A DNA stretch of 64,000 nucleotides, taken from the sequence record CP132210.1. One strand, written 5' to 3'. Below are positions 43,307-53,545 of the stretch, piece by piece. The stretch is from a plasmid. Position numbers and translations under genes: made by a program. The first letter of the stretch is position 1. The number at the start of each line of letters is the position of its first letter. The notes beneath the pieces are model-generated. The model was not told the DNA's origin and made no database searches. It saw only the letters and a list, made by a program, of their open reading frames with translations.

Positions 43307-44122
43307 TTAACGAATTCTTGCGGTTTCTTTCAGCGCCGCCAATACCGCCAGCCCGTCGCGCAAGGGGCGCGGCTCGTGTGTGCGGATGAAGTCAGCTCCA
43401 CCTGCGGCGGCGGCAAGCTCTGCAGCGAGTGTCGCGGCCCCGACATCCCCCGGACCACGGCCTGTGAGCGCGCGCAGAAAGGATTTGCGCGAAACAGACA
43501 GAAGCACCGGCAAATCGAAGCGCAGCCGCAATTCATCGAACCGCGCCAGCACCGAGAGCGAGGTTTCGGGAGCAGCCCCCAGAAAAAACCCCATGCCGGG
43601 ATCAAGGACAAGGCGGTTGCGTTTGATACCGGCACCCGTCAGCGCCGCGATGCGCGCGTCAAAGAACGCCGCAATGTGATCCATGATGTCGCCAGCGGGT
43701 GCCTCGCGCCGATCTGCCTGCCCGTCTTGCACCGAATGCATAACGACGAGTTTGGCAGATGATTTCGCCAATTGCGGATAGAACGCAGCGTCTGGAAAAC
43801 CGCGAATATCATTGAGATAGGCCACACCACGCGACAAGGCATAGGCTTGCGTCGCGGGTTGATAACTGTCGAGCGAGACGGGAATGCCATCTGCCTTGAG
43901 CGCGTCCAGCACCGGCGCGATACGCGCGATTTCTGTGTCGGACGAAACAGGCGCGGCGTCGGGATTGCTGGATGCCGGACCGAGGTCGATCACATCTGCC
44001 CCCTCGGCCATCAGCTTACGCGCCTGCGCAATGGCTGCGTCTGGCGCCAGATACCGGCCTCCATCGGAGAAACTGTCCGAGGTTATGTTGACGATGCCGA
44101 AAATGATGAGCGATTTATTCAT
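43307..44122 (-). CDS. sul2: Sulfonamide-resistant dihydropteroate synthase Sul2
   Basis: 271-aa ORF MNKSLIIFGIVNITSDSFSDGGRYLAPDAAIAQARKLMAEGADVIDLGPASSNPDAAPV... Confidence 0.95.
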   Translation of the reverse strand: MNKSLIIFGIVNITSDSFSDGGRYLAPDAAIAQARKLMAEGADVIDLGPASSNPDAAPVSSDTEIARIAPVLDALKADGIPVSLDSYQPATQAYALSRGVAYLNDIRGFPDAAFYPQLAKSSAKLVVMHSVQDGQADRREAPAGDIMDHIAAFFDARIAALTGAGIKRNRLVLDPGMGFFLGAAPETSLSVLARFDELRLRFDLPVLLSVSRKSFLRALTGRGPGDVGAATLAAELAAAAGGADFIRTHEPRPLRDGLAVLAALKETARIR

Positions 44123-44553
44123 GGGGGCTTCTATAATAATAATAATCGAGCATGAGTCTCATACGGATGCTCGGGTCGAAAGGGAATCCCCAGGCGAGTA
44201 ACCTGTTTGCGGTGCTCCATTAGCTGCAGGAGCAGAATAGCATACATCTGGAAGCAAAGCCAGGAAAGCGGCCTATGGAGCTGTGCGGCAGCGCTCAGTA
44301 GGCAATTTTTCAAAATATTGTTAAGCCTTTTCTGAGCATGGTATTTTTCATGGTATTACCAATTAGCAGGAAAATAAGCCATTGAATATAAAAGATAAAA
44401 ATGTCTTGTTTACAATAGAGTGGGTATCGGAGACGAAGAAGGACAAGGTACATGCTGACCGATACCAAGCTGCGCAATCTCAAGCCCAGGGACAAACTCT
44501 ACAAAGTGAATGACCGGGAAGGTCTCTATGTGGGGGTCGCCTCAGAAAACGGA

Positions 44554-45880
44554 ATCTATGGTCACTCCCGTTTTTGCAACACCGATTTTGACGACAAGTT
44601 GGCTTGCTTGAATCTATCCGGCGTCTGAATGGGATTTTATTCCCGCGCCTCGATGAGTTCCGCGCCTGATGAACCTCCAGAAAATATACGGCTTCAATGA
44701 GCCTTTCCGTTTTACAGGTTCCTCAACAGGCCGGTGGGCCGTTAGTATCATCAATATCAGTATTCGCAAAACCAGATGAATGATTGTTTAAACTGGTGTA
44801 TTTCTGCCTTTATGCTTCGTAAGTTTGCTGTCGCGCCGTCAGTGCCCAGGCTATTCTGGCCAGCTTGTTTGCCAGAGCACAGGTGACGACAAAGTTGCTT
44901 TTCCGACACAACAACTCCCTGACCCAGTCGGCCAACTTGCCAGACTGGTGTTCCAGTTTTTGTATGAATACCCTGGCACACTGAACCAACAAAGTTCGGA
45001 TCTTTTTGTTGCCCCGCTTGCTAATCCCTAACAATGTCGTCCGACCTCCCGTGCTGTACTGTCGGGGTACCAGCCCTGTTGCCGCCGCAAAGTCACGGCT
45101 GCTGGCGTACTGCTTCCCGTCGCCAATCTCAGTTGAAATAGTACTGGCAGTCAGCGTTCCAACGCAGGGAATACTCAGCAAGCGCTGTCCAACCTCATCT
45201 TCGTCCAACTTTCGTTTCAACTGAGATTCCAGATCTTTAATCTGCTCAACAAGATAGTGATAATGCTGTTGTAATTTCAGCAGTAACTGGCTGAGATAAA
45301 GAGGCAAACTACTGTCCTCAAGAAGGGTACTCAGTCGACTAATAACGGCAGCACCTCGCGGAACGCTGATACCAAATTCCAGCAGAAAAGCATGCATCTG
45401 ATTAGTTGTTTTCACCTTATCCTGAACCAGGGATTCACGGACACGATGCAGAGCTCGCATTGCCTGCTGAGATTCGGTTCTGGGCTGCACGAAACGCATA
45501 GATGGACGTGATGCTGCTTCACAGATAGCTTCAGCATCAACGAAGTCATTTTTGTTGCTTTTAACGAATGGGCGGACAAATTGCGGTGATATCAGCTTTG
45601 GAAAATGCCCTAACTCTTCCAGCTTGCGTGCCATAAAGTGAGAACCGCCACAGGCTTCCATCGCGATGGTTGTTGCCGGGCATGTCGCCAGAAATTCGAT
45701 TAGCTTTGGTCGGGTGAATTTTTTACGGTAAACGGCCTTCCCACGATGATCCTGACAATGAATATGGAAAGAGTTCTTACCCAGATCGATACCAATAAGC
45801 GCAATGTTTTCCATGATGGTTCTCCGAATGAAAGCCTGTCCTCAGCATAGTACTGGGAAGGAGGGAGTGACCATCTCATT
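44554..45880 (-). mobile_element. IS5075/IS4321 (IS110 family), complete 1327-bp copy inside IRtnp
   Basis: Boundaries were defined by the split IR. It carries an intact 334-aa transposase. Confidence 0.9.
44810..45814 (-). CDS. IS5075-type transposase (IS110 family, DEDD)
   Basis: 334-aa ORF MENIALIGIDLGKNSFHIHCQDHRGKAVYRKKFTRPKLIEFLATCPATTIAMEACGGSHFMARK... Confidence 0.9.
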   Translation of the reverse strand: MENIALIGIDLGKNSFHIHCQDHRGKAVYRKKFTRPKLIEFLATCPATTIAMEACGGSHFMARKLEELGHFPKLISPQFVRPFVKSNKNDFVDAEAICEAASRPSMRFVQPRTESQQAMRALHRVRESLVQDKVKTTNQMHAFLLEFGISVPRGAAVISRLSTLLEDSSLPLYLSQLLLKLQQHYHYLVEQIKDLESQLKRKLDEDEVGQRLLSIPCVGTLTASTISTEIGDGKQYASSRDFAAATGLVPRQYSTGGRTTLLGISKRGNKKIRTLLVQCARVFIQKLEHQSGKLADWVRELLCRKSNFVVTCALANKLARIAWALTARQQTYEA

Positions 45881-45892
45881 AAATAAAGCACG

Positions 45893-47658
45893 CTAAGCCG
45901 GTTGCAGCGGTCGTAGCGGCCTGAACTTGCCCGCGCCGATCTTGGCGCTGCTGCGCCAGAGGTAATCGCCGGTGAGGTTGATGTGCTCCCAACCGAGCGG
46001 CGACAGGTACTGCAACAGCGCGTCATCAACGGCATGGCCGTTGCCACGCAGCGCGTGCGCAGCCCGTTCCAGATAGACCGTGTTCCACAACACGACGGCA
46101 GCCGTTACCAGATTGAGGCCGCTAGCCCGGTAGCGCTGCTGCTCGAAACTGCGGTCGCGGATTTCACCCAGGCGGTTGAAAAACACTGCCCTGGCCAGCG
46201 CATTGCGCGCCTCGCCCTTGTTCAGGCCGGCATGCACGCGGCGGCGCAGTTCCACGCTTTGCAGCCAGTCCAGGATGAACAGCGTGCGCTCGATGCGGCC
46301 CAGCTCGCGGAGCGCCACGGCCAGGCCGTTCTGGCGTGGGTAGCTGCCGAGCTTTCGGAGCATCAGGGAGGCCGTCACCGTGCCCTGCTTGATCGAGGTG
46401 GCCAGCCGCAGGATTTCGTCCCAATGGGCGCGGACGTGCTTGATGTTGAGCGTGCCGCCGATCATGGGTTTCAGCGCGTCATAGGCGGCGTCGCCCTTCG
46501 GGATGTAGAGCTTGGTGTCGCCCAGGTCGCGGATGCGCGGCGCGAAGCGGAAGCCCAGGAGGTGCATCAGGGCGAAGACGTGATCGGTGAAGCCCGCCGT
46601 GTCGGTGTAATGCTCCTCGATCCGCAAGTCGGACTCGTGGTACAGCAGGCCGTCGAGCACGTAGGTCGAATCGCGCACGCCGACGTTCACGACCTTGGTG
46701 TGAAATGGCGCGTACTGGTCAGAAATGTGGGTGTAGAACGTCCGCCCTGGGCTGCTCCCGTATTTCGGGTTGATGTGGCCGGTGCTCTCGGCCTTGCTGC
46801 CGGTGCGGAAGTTCTGGCCGTCCGACGATGAGGTGGTGCCGTCGCCCCAGTGCTCGGCGAAGGGATGGCGGAACTGTGCGTTGACCAGATCGGCCAGCGC
46901 CGCCCCGTAGGTTTCGTCGCGGATGTGCCAGGCTTGCAGCCAAGCCAGCTTGGCGTAGGTCGTGCCGGGGCAAGACTCCGCCATCTTGGTCAGGCCCAGG
47001 TTGATCGCGTCGGCGAGGATCGTGGTCAGCAACAGGTTCTTGTCTTTGGCCGGGTCGCCCGATTTCAGATGCGCGAAATGCCGAGTGAAGCCCGTCCATT
47101 CGTCCACCTCCAGCAGCAGTTCGGTGATCTTGACGTGCGGCAGGATCATTGCCGTCTGGTCGATCAGCGCTTGGGCGGTGTCGGGTACCGCCGCGTCGAG
47201 CGGCGTGATCTTCAAGCCTGACTCGGTGATGATGGCGTCCGGCAGCTCGTTGGCCGTCGCCATACGGTTGACGGTGGCAAGCTGTGTTTCCAGCAGCGTC
47301 AGCCGGTCGTTCAGGTACCGGTTGCAGTCGGTGGCCACGGCCAGCGGCAATTCGCTGGCCTGCTTGAGGCTGGCGAATTTCGCGGGCGGCACCAGGTAGT
47401 CCTCGAAGTCCTTGAACTGGCGCGACCCCTGCACCCAGATGTCGCCGGAACGCAACGCGTTCTTCATCTCCGACAGCGCGCACAGTTCGTAGTAGCGCCG
47501 GTCGATGCCGGTGTCGGTCATGACCAGCTTCTGCCAGCGCGGCTTGATGAACTCGGTCGGCGCGTCGGCGGGCACCTTGCGGGCGTTGTCGCTGTTCATG
47601 CCGCGCAGCACCTCGATGGCGTCGAGCACGTCCTTCGCGGCGGGAGCGGCCCGCAGCT
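45893..47658 (-). pseudogene. tnpA: Tn21-type TnpA, C-terminal about 588 aa, 5'-truncated by IS26 copy 5
   Basis: ...[61 protein letters not shown]...RPLRPLQPA. The stop abuts IRtnp. It is only about 70% identical to the tnpA fragment at 1..1380 in the overlapping region, so it belongs to a different transposon. Confidence 0.9.
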
Positions 47659-48478
47659 GGCACTGTTGCAAAGTTAGCGATGAGGCAGCCTTTTGTCTTA
47701 TTCAAAGGCCTTACATTTCAAAAACTCTGCTTACCAGGCGCATTTCGCCCAGGGGATCACCATAATAAAATGCTGAGGCCTGGCCTTTGCGTAGTGCACG
47801 CATCACCTCAATACCTTTGATGGTGGCGTAAGCCGTCTTCATGGATTTAAATCCCAGCGTGGCGCCGATTATCCGTTTCAGTTTGCCATGATCGCATTCA
47901 ATCACGTTGTTCCGGTACTTAATCTGTCGGTGTTCAACGTCAGACGGGCACCGGCCTTCGCGTTTGAGCAGAGCAAGCGCGCGACCATAGGCGGGCGCTT
48001 TATCCGTGTTGATGAATCGCGGGATCTGCCACTTCTTCACGTTGTTGAGGATTTTACCCAGAAACCGGTATGCAGCTTTGCTGTTACGACGGGAGGAGAG
48101 ATAAAAATCGACAGTGCGGCCCCGGCTGTCGACGGCCCGGTACAGATACGCCCAGCGGCCATTGACCTTCACGTAGGTTTCATCCATGTGCCACGGGCAA
48201 AGATCGGAAGGGTTACGCCAGTACCAGCGCAGCCGTTTTTCCATTTCAGGCGCATAACGCTGAACCCAGCGGTAAATCGTGGAGTGATCGACATTCACTC
48301 CGCGTTCAGCCAGCATCTCCTGCAGCTCACGGTAACTGATGCCGTATTTGCAGTACCAGCGTACGGCCCACAGAATGATGTCACGCTGAAAATGCCGGCC
48401 TTTGAATGGGTTCATGTGCAGCTCCATCAGCAAAAGGGGATGATAAGTTTATCACCACCGACTATTTGCAACAGTGCC
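47659..48478 (-). mobile_element. IS26 copy 5
   Basis: IRs at 47659..47672 and 48465..48478. Flanks ccgcagct and cagtccac give no TSD. Confidence 0.97.
47711..48415 (-). CDS. tnpA: IS26 transposase
   Basis: Identical Tnp26. Confidence 0.97.
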   Translation of the reverse strand: MNPFKGRHFQRDIILWAVRWYCKYGISYRELQEMLAERGVNVDHSTIYRWVQRYAPEMEKRLRWYWRNPSDLCPWHMDETYVKVNGRWAYLYRAVDSRGRTVDFYLSSRRNSKAAYRFLGKILNNVKKWQIPRFINTDKAPAYGRALALLKREGRCPSDVEHRQIKYRNNVIECDHGKLKRIIGATLGFKSMKTAYATIKGIEVMRALRKGQASAFYYGDPLGEMRLVSRVFEM

Positions 48479-48978
48479 CAGTCCACGCCTCAGAACTTGT
48501 GGGCTCGCTTTTAAAAAGTTCCCGTCCGTCAGGGCTGGCGCAGGCGATTATGGAGGTGGGACGGGTCAACAAGACGCTGTACCTCCTCAACTACATTGAT
48601 GATGAAGAATATCGTCGCAGGATACTGACTCAGCTTAACCGGGGAGAAGGCCGTCACGCCGTGGCAAGGGCGATCTGTTACGGCCAACGTGGTGAGATTA
48701 GAAAACGTTACCGTGAGGGGCAGGAGGATCAACTGGGTGCGCTGGGGCTTGTCACTAACGCAGTTGTATTGTGGAACACGCTTTATATGCAGGAAGCGCT
48801 ATCACATTTGCGCAGCGCTGGTGAGATCCCGGAAGACGAGCATATCTCACGCCTGTCGCCACTGATGTACGGTCATATCAACATGCTGGGACATTATACG
48901 TTCACGCTGCCGGAAAATATTCTGAAGGGAGAGTTGAGGCCATTAAATTTCAATTCAAACAATGAATTATTGCCTTAA
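48479..48978 (+). pseudogene. tnpA: Tn3-family (Tn3/Tn2-like) TnpA C-terminal fragment, 5'-truncated by IS26
   Basis: ...LNRGEGRHAVARAICYGQRGEIRKRYREGQEDQLGALGLVTNAVVLWNTLYMQEALSHLRSAGEIPEDEHISRLSPLMYGHINMLGHYTFTLPENILKGELRPLNFNSNNELLP, ending in its 38-bp IR. Confidence 0.8.
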
Positions 48979-49011
48979 CGTGGTTTTTTACACGATTGAA
49001 CCTCGAACCCC
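48974..49011 (-). repeat. 38-bp Tn3-family terminal IR (outer GGGG at 49011) belonging to the tnpA fragment at 48479..48978
   Basis: CTTAACGTGGTTTTTTACACGATTGAACCTCGAACCCC is the reverse complement of a GGGG...TAAG IR. Confidence 0.7.
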
Positions 49012-49069
49012 AGATACGAGAAAATTCTACTTATGAGCACCTCAGTTTTTCGGGGGGATTACCCAATGT

Positions 49070-49536
49070 GCCAGGGTATTCATACAAAAACTGGAACACC
49101 AGTCTGGAAAATTGGCCGATTGGGTCAGGGATTTACTGTGCCGGAAAAGCAACTTTGTCGTCACTTGTGCTCTGGCAAACAAGCTGGCCAGAATAGCCTG
49201 GGCCCTAACGGCACGACAGCAAACTTATGTAGCATAACGGCAGAAATACACCGGTTTAAAGAATTACTGATCTGGTTTTGCGAATACTGATATTGATGAT
49301 ACTAACGGCCCACCGGCCTGTTGAGGAACCTGTAAAACGGAAAGGCTCATTGAAGCCGTATATTTTCTGGAGGTTCATCAGGCGCGGAACTCATCAAGGC
49401 GCGGGAATAAAATCCCATTCAGACGCCGGATAGATTCAAGCAAGCCAACTTGTCGTCAAAATCGGTGTTGCAAAAACGGGAGTGACCATAGATTCCGTTT
49501 TCTGAGGTGACCCCCAAGAGGACGAAGGGCTTTGTT
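49070..49536 (+). mobile_element. 3'-end fragment (about 445 bp) of an IS5075/IS4321-like element plus the outer 21 bp of the Tn21-family IR it targeted
   Basis: 49075..49515 is about 90% identical to the reverse complement of 44554..44990. tccgttttctgaggtgacccc at 49516..49536 is the reverse complement of GGGGTCACCTCAGAAAACGGA. The transposase end of the IS is missing. Confidence 0.75.
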
Positions 49537-49638
49537 CCACACAAACAATTCCAATCGACTACCGCATAATATAGAATTACGGTAATTACCGTATTACGAT
49601 AATTACCATAAACATTACAGTTTAAAAGGAATGCGCTC

Positions 49639-50595
49639 ATGGCTAGAAAATTAGTTGAGTTTAACGATGTAGCGGCAGCAGCCCAAAAGCTCAAGGACGC
49701 CGGTAAACGCCCCACTGTCATCGCAATCAGGGACCTCCTTGGTAAGGGGAGCTTCACCACCATTTCGACATACCTCAAGCAGTGGTCAGAGGAACACTCT
49801 CTCGATGAAGAGCCGGTTGAGGTTGTCCTGCCAGAATCAGTTATGAGCGATGCAGAGCTATTCCTGCGGAAGATCTACACGGTAGCGAAAACAAGCGCCG
49901 ATGAGCAGCTTGAGCGCGAGCGTGAACAGCTACGACAGAGAGAGCTTGAGTACCAGGAAGACATGCAGCAAGCCGTGGACATGGCAAATGATGCCACCGA
50001 ACGGGCTGAACTACTGGAAGAGCAGCTTGAATCTCTCACCAACAAAAAAACAGAGCTCGATGCAGCCCTTGGTAAGGCAGAAAACTCGCTATCCCTCAAG
50101 TCTGCTGAGCTGGCCCGAGCACAGGATCGCTTGGAGCAGGCTGAAAGTGAAAATCGCTCTTTGAGCCAAAAATTGGCAACTACAGAGGGTGAGTTGGCAT
50201 TGCAAAAAGGCAAGAGTATAGAGCAGACAGAAAAGCTCCGGGCAGCTCAGGAACAAAGTACATCCCTAAAAGAACAGCTCGAAAATGCACAGGCCAAACT
50301 GGCCCAATCACAGGACTCCCTTGCCACGGCCAAAGCTCATGGCGAATCTGCTGAACGAGAGTGCCAGCGCCTATCTGGAGAGGTAGAAAAGCTGGAAACC
50401 AAACTGTCCAGCGCCGAAGCAGAAGCTCGCTCTCTTGTTCAAGACAAAGGCATGATCGCTGGTCAGTTGCAGGAAAAAGACCAGCAGGCCAAGAGCCTCG
50501 AACAAAGACTGACTGATGCGCTGACCAAAATTTCTGGGTTGGAGCAAGAGCGAATTAAAGCTGGTGGGGGAGAGAAAAAGAAAGAGGAAAACTGA
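49639..50595 (+). CDS. kfrA: KfrA-like plasmid protein (N-terminal DNA-binding domain plus long alanine-rich coiled coil)
   Basis: 318-aa ORF MARKLVEFNDVAAAAQKLKDAGKRPTVIAIRDLLGKGSFTTISTYLKQW... followed by heptad-repeat-rich sequence (EQLE..., AQ...LE...). A palindrome lies upstream. Confidence 0.65.
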   Translation: MARKLVEFNDVAAAAQKLKDAGKRPTVIAIRDLLGKGSFTTISTYLKQWSEEHSLDEEPVEVVLPESVMSDAELFLRKIYTVAKTSADEQLEREREQLRQRELEYQEDMQQAVDMANDATERAELLEEQLESLTNKKTELDAALGKAENSLSLKSAELARAQDRLEQAESENRSLSQKLATTEGELALQKGKSIEQTEKLRAAQEQSTSLKEQLENAQAKLAQSQDSLATAKAHGESAERECQRLSGEVEKLETKLSSAEAEARSLVQDKGMIAGQLQEKDQQAKSLEQRLTDALTKISGLEQERIKAGGGEKKKEEN

Positions 50596-50873
50596 TGGCA
50601 AGAAAGGCTAAGTATTCAGAGGAATGGCGAAGCAGAGCTGCGGCTCTTCAAACCGAGATTGAGGAGGCTATGACACTAGCCACCTCATCTATTGGTGACT
50701 ATAGCTGGTTACACCGCCTTCATAGCTGGGTTATGGAGGTGGCTCAAGGTAAAGCCCCGGACTGGTGGACAGACTTGGATTGTGAAGTATCCCTTCCCCG
50801 AGAAGAGAAGCGTGTCAGCACGTTCCTTTCGACACAAAAGAAGCGCATCACACTCCAGATGTGCTTGTCGTAG
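50595..50873 (+). CDS. Hypothetical protein (92 aa) overlapping the kfrA stop and the helicase start
   Basis: Intact ORF in operon-like overlap with both flanking genes. Confidence 0.4.
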   Translation: MARKAKYSEEWRSRAAALQTEIEEAMTLATSSIGDYSWLHRLHSWVMEVAQGKAPDWWTDLDCEVSLPREEKRVSTFLSTQKKRITLQMCLS

Positions 50874-52393
50874 GGGGCCTCATGAAGCAACTTCCTCGTG
50901 ACACACCAGAGCAATCGCTGATCACTCAGTACAAAGGATCTCGCCTTGTCGTTAAGGCCTATGCTGGCACGGGCAAAACCACCACACTGGTGAAATACGC
51001 TCATAACAACCTCGACTCTCGCATCCTCTATCTGGCATACAACCGGGCCATCCGCGATGAGGCCAGAGAAAAATTTCCTGCAAACGTTGACTGCAAAACG
51101 TCCCACCAGCTTGCCTACGCCACTATAGGAAGGGGCTACCATCACAAACTCACAGGCAACCTAAGACTCACCGATATTGCTCAAGCGGTTAATACCAAAA
51201 ACTGGACGTTTGCCAAAGATATTCTCGACACACTCAACGCCTTCATGTGCAGTGCAGATATGCGGATTCTTTATACGCATTTTGCTCGTGCCGATACAGG
51301 CAAGGTACTTACATCCAAACAGGAGAGATACCAAATCCAGGTAGTCGAAGGTGCAGAACTGATATGGAAGCGGATGACCAACCTTCAAGATCCGTTCCCG
51401 ACCGTACACGACTGCTACCTCAAACAGTATCAGCTCGGGATGCCGAATCTGTCTCGTCGGTACACCACCATTCTTTTTGATGAGGCCCAAGACGCCAACC
51501 CGGTCACAAGCAGCATCGTCCTACAGCAGAAATGCAAGGTAATCCTGGTTGGAGATCGCCACCAGCAGATCTATAGGTTCAGAGGTGCAAACAACGCTCT
51601 TGATAGCAAAGAGCTCATGAACGCCGACCAACTCTATCTCACGCATAGCTTCCGCTTTGGCCCCAACGTGTCGCTGGTGGCAAACGCCCTTCTTGAACTC
51701 AAAGGCGAAACACGCCCTGTGGTTGGCCGGGGACCGGCAGATCAGGTAGTCATGTTCTTGCCTGGTGATGTCGGTCATCGCGCAATACTTCACCGAACCG
51801 TCATGGGTGTTATCGAGACAGCGCTCTCTGCGACTGAATCCGGATCACAAGTGTTTTGGGTTGGTGGCATCGACGCTTATCAGATCAATGAGCTCCAGGA
51901 TTTGTACTGGTTCTCGATGGCCGAGCCAGACCGTGTAAAAAACAAGAAGCTGCTTGATGAATATGAAGACTACTTTGAGTATCAAGAAGTAGCGAAGGCC
52001 ACCAAAGATCCTGAGATGATGAGGGCCGTCAAGATCATCAATAGCTATGATGAAATCCCTGAGCGCCTCACCACTCTTCGACGTAATACAGTCAAAGAAG
52101 AATTTGGGGCCGACATTACAGTCTCAACAGCTCATCGGTGCAAGGGGTTAGAGTGGGACTTTGTTCAGCTCTATGACGATTTTCCGGATGTCCTGGACCC
52201 GGAGCTCGACCCAATGGCCCGAGACGATGAAATAAACCTGCTCTACGTCGCATCCACAAGAGCGATGCGAATCCTCGCGTTAAATAGCGCGGTTGAGATG
52301 GTTATCCGCTATATCACCCAAAAGCGCATGGTCGAGAAGCAGATGAAGATGGCCGCAATGGCAACAGAAGTTGAAGGGAACACGACCAAATAG
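50861..52393 (+). CDS. Superfamily 1 UvrD/PcrA-like DNA helicase
   Basis: 510-aa ORF with Walker A (AYAGTGKTTTL), motifs II-VI (ILFDEAQD, THSFRFG..., STAHRCKGLEWDFV, LLYVASTRA). Confidence 0.8.
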   Translation: MLVVGGLMKQLPRDTPEQSLITQYKGSRLVVKAYAGTGKTTTLVKYAHNNLDSRILYLAYNRAIRDEAREKFPANVDCKTSHQLAYATIGRGYHHKLTGNLRLTDIAQAVNTKNWTFAKDILDTLNAFMCSADMRILYTHFARADTGKVLTSKQERYQIQVVEGAELIWKRMTNLQDPFPTVHDCYLKQYQLGMPNLSRRYTTILFDEAQDANPVTSSIVLQQKCKVILVGDRHQQIYRFRGANNALDSKELMNADQLYLTHSFRFGPNVSLVANALLELKGETRPVVGRGPADQVVMFLPGDVGHRAILHRTVMGVIETALSATESGSQVFWVGGIDAYQINELQDLYWFSMAEPDRVKNKKLLDEYEDYFEYQEVAKATKDPEMMRAVKIINSYDEIPERLTTLRRNTVKEEFGADITVSTAHRCKGLEWDFVQLYDDFPDVLDPELDPMARDDEINLLYVASTRAMRILALNSAVEMVIRYITQKRMVEKQMKMAAMATEVEGNTTK

Positions 52394-52404
52394 TTTGGTC
52401 AATT

Positions 52405-52422
52405 CTTTCACATGTGAAAGTT
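52405..52422. promoter_or_regulatory. Palindromic operator-like site CTTTCACATGTGAAAGTT overlapping a TTGACA -35 hexamer upstream of traF
   Basis: Perfect 16-bp palindrome. A second copy lies at 59094..59111 upstream of the Ner-like/FlhC-like operon. Confidence 0.5.
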
Positions 52423-52503
52423 GACAAATAAAACGCTCAAAGCGCCCTAAATGGGCGCTTACACCTGCCTAATTTCACGCCGCCCACCTCTACCATATCG
52501 AGC

Positions 52504-53544
52504 ATGGGAAAATACGTGCGTGAGACTATGAAAAGATCACCTTTGGATTTACTGCTCCTTGCAGCGCTCACGCTAGGGGCATCACACCAGGCTTGGGCTC
52601 AAGATGGCACAAGATCTGGCTTTTATGAGCGCAAAGAAGAGGGTTGGTTCTGGTACAAGGAAGAACCAAAAGAGCCGGAGAAGAAGCCAGAAAAGCCCAA
52701 ACCAAAGCCTGTGCCAGAGGCGAAGCTAACACCGCCGCTGCCTGCTGCTCCGCTACCAAGCGGTCCAGAAATGTTTTCGGCAGAATGGTTCCGGGAAAAC
52801 TTACCCAAGTACAAAGACCTTGCCTGGGACAATCCTACCGTTGAAAACGTCAGGACGTTTCTCTACTTGCAGAGATTTGCGATAGATCGCTCTGAACAGT
52901 TTTCCGATGCTACAGAGCTGGCGGTTGTGGGTGATCCGTTCCTGGATGAGATCACTCGACGTCCTGCGGCCACATTTGCCTCACAACAGGTTGATCGTGA
53001 CGCCGGTAATGCCAAAAACAAGCTGCTAAAAAGCGTAGCCGACCGAGTGGGAATATTCTTCTTCTACAAGTCCGACGATGAATACAGTGACTTGCAAGCA
53101 CCGCTAATCAAGATGCTTGAACAAGGAGAAGGCTTCTCGATCATTCCAGTTTCTATGGACGGCAAACCTCTCCCGAACGGGCTTTTCCCCCACTACAAGA
53201 CCGATGAAGGCCATGCCAAACAACTTGGCATTGTGACCTTCCCTGCTGTTTACCTCGCATCTCCAGACGGTCAGTTCGCACCTATAGGACAAGGACCAAT
53301 GTCTCTTCCTGAGTTGAATCACAGGATTTTGGTCGCCGCAAAACGCAACGGCTGGGTCACAGACGAAGAGTTCAATCGTACACGCCCGGTACTCAACCTA
53401 GAAAACAACATAGCCGAACGCTTGGCCTCACCAGAGCTGGGCTCTGACCTCAAACAGTTATCCCAAGCGAGCGGTGATAAAGACAACTTTGTGCCACCGG
53501 AGCAACTCATGAAGTACATCCGGGAAAAATTACAGGAGAACTAA
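52504..53544 (+). CDS. traF: F-type conjugative transfer protein TraF (thioredoxin-fold pilus assembly protein)
   Basis: 346-aa ORF with a signal peptide and a Pro/Lys-rich linker. Position is upstream of traH-traG, as in IncA/C and SXT transfer regions. Confidence 0.7.
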   Translation: MGKYVRETMKRSPLDLLLLAALTLGASHQAWAQDGTRSGFYERKEEGWFWYKEEPKEPEKKPEKPKPKPVPEAKLTPPLPAAPLPSGPEMFSAEWFRENLPKYKDLAWDNPTVENVRTFLYLQRFAIDRSEQFSDATELAVVGDPFLDEITRRPAATFASQQVDRDAGNAKNKLLKSVADRVGIFFFYKSDDEYSDLQAPLIKMLEQGEGFSIIPVSMDGKPLPNGLFPHYKTDEGHAKQLGIVTFPAVYLASPDGQFAPIGQGPMSLPELNHRILVAAKRNGWVTDEEFNRTRPVLNLENNIAERLASPELGSDLKQLSQASGDKDNFVPPEQLMKYIREKLQEN

Positions 53545-53545
53545 G

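Larger units (their letters stand above)
44533..45897 (+). repeat. Tn21-type 38-bp IRtnp split by an IS5075 insertion (outer 21 bp at 44533..44553, inner 17 bp at 45881..45897)
   Basis: GGGGTCGCCTCAGAAAACGGA, then IS5075, then AAATAAAGCACGCTAAG. IS5075/IS4321 are known to target this exact position in Tn21-family IRs. Confidence 0.85.

Noticed and set aside
32398-49545. caagagg motifs next to the GGGG ends of two IRs (32401 and 49537) as possible target-site duplications
   Set aside because: The motifs are in the same orientation relative to oppositely oriented IRs, not direct 5-bp repeats flanking one element.
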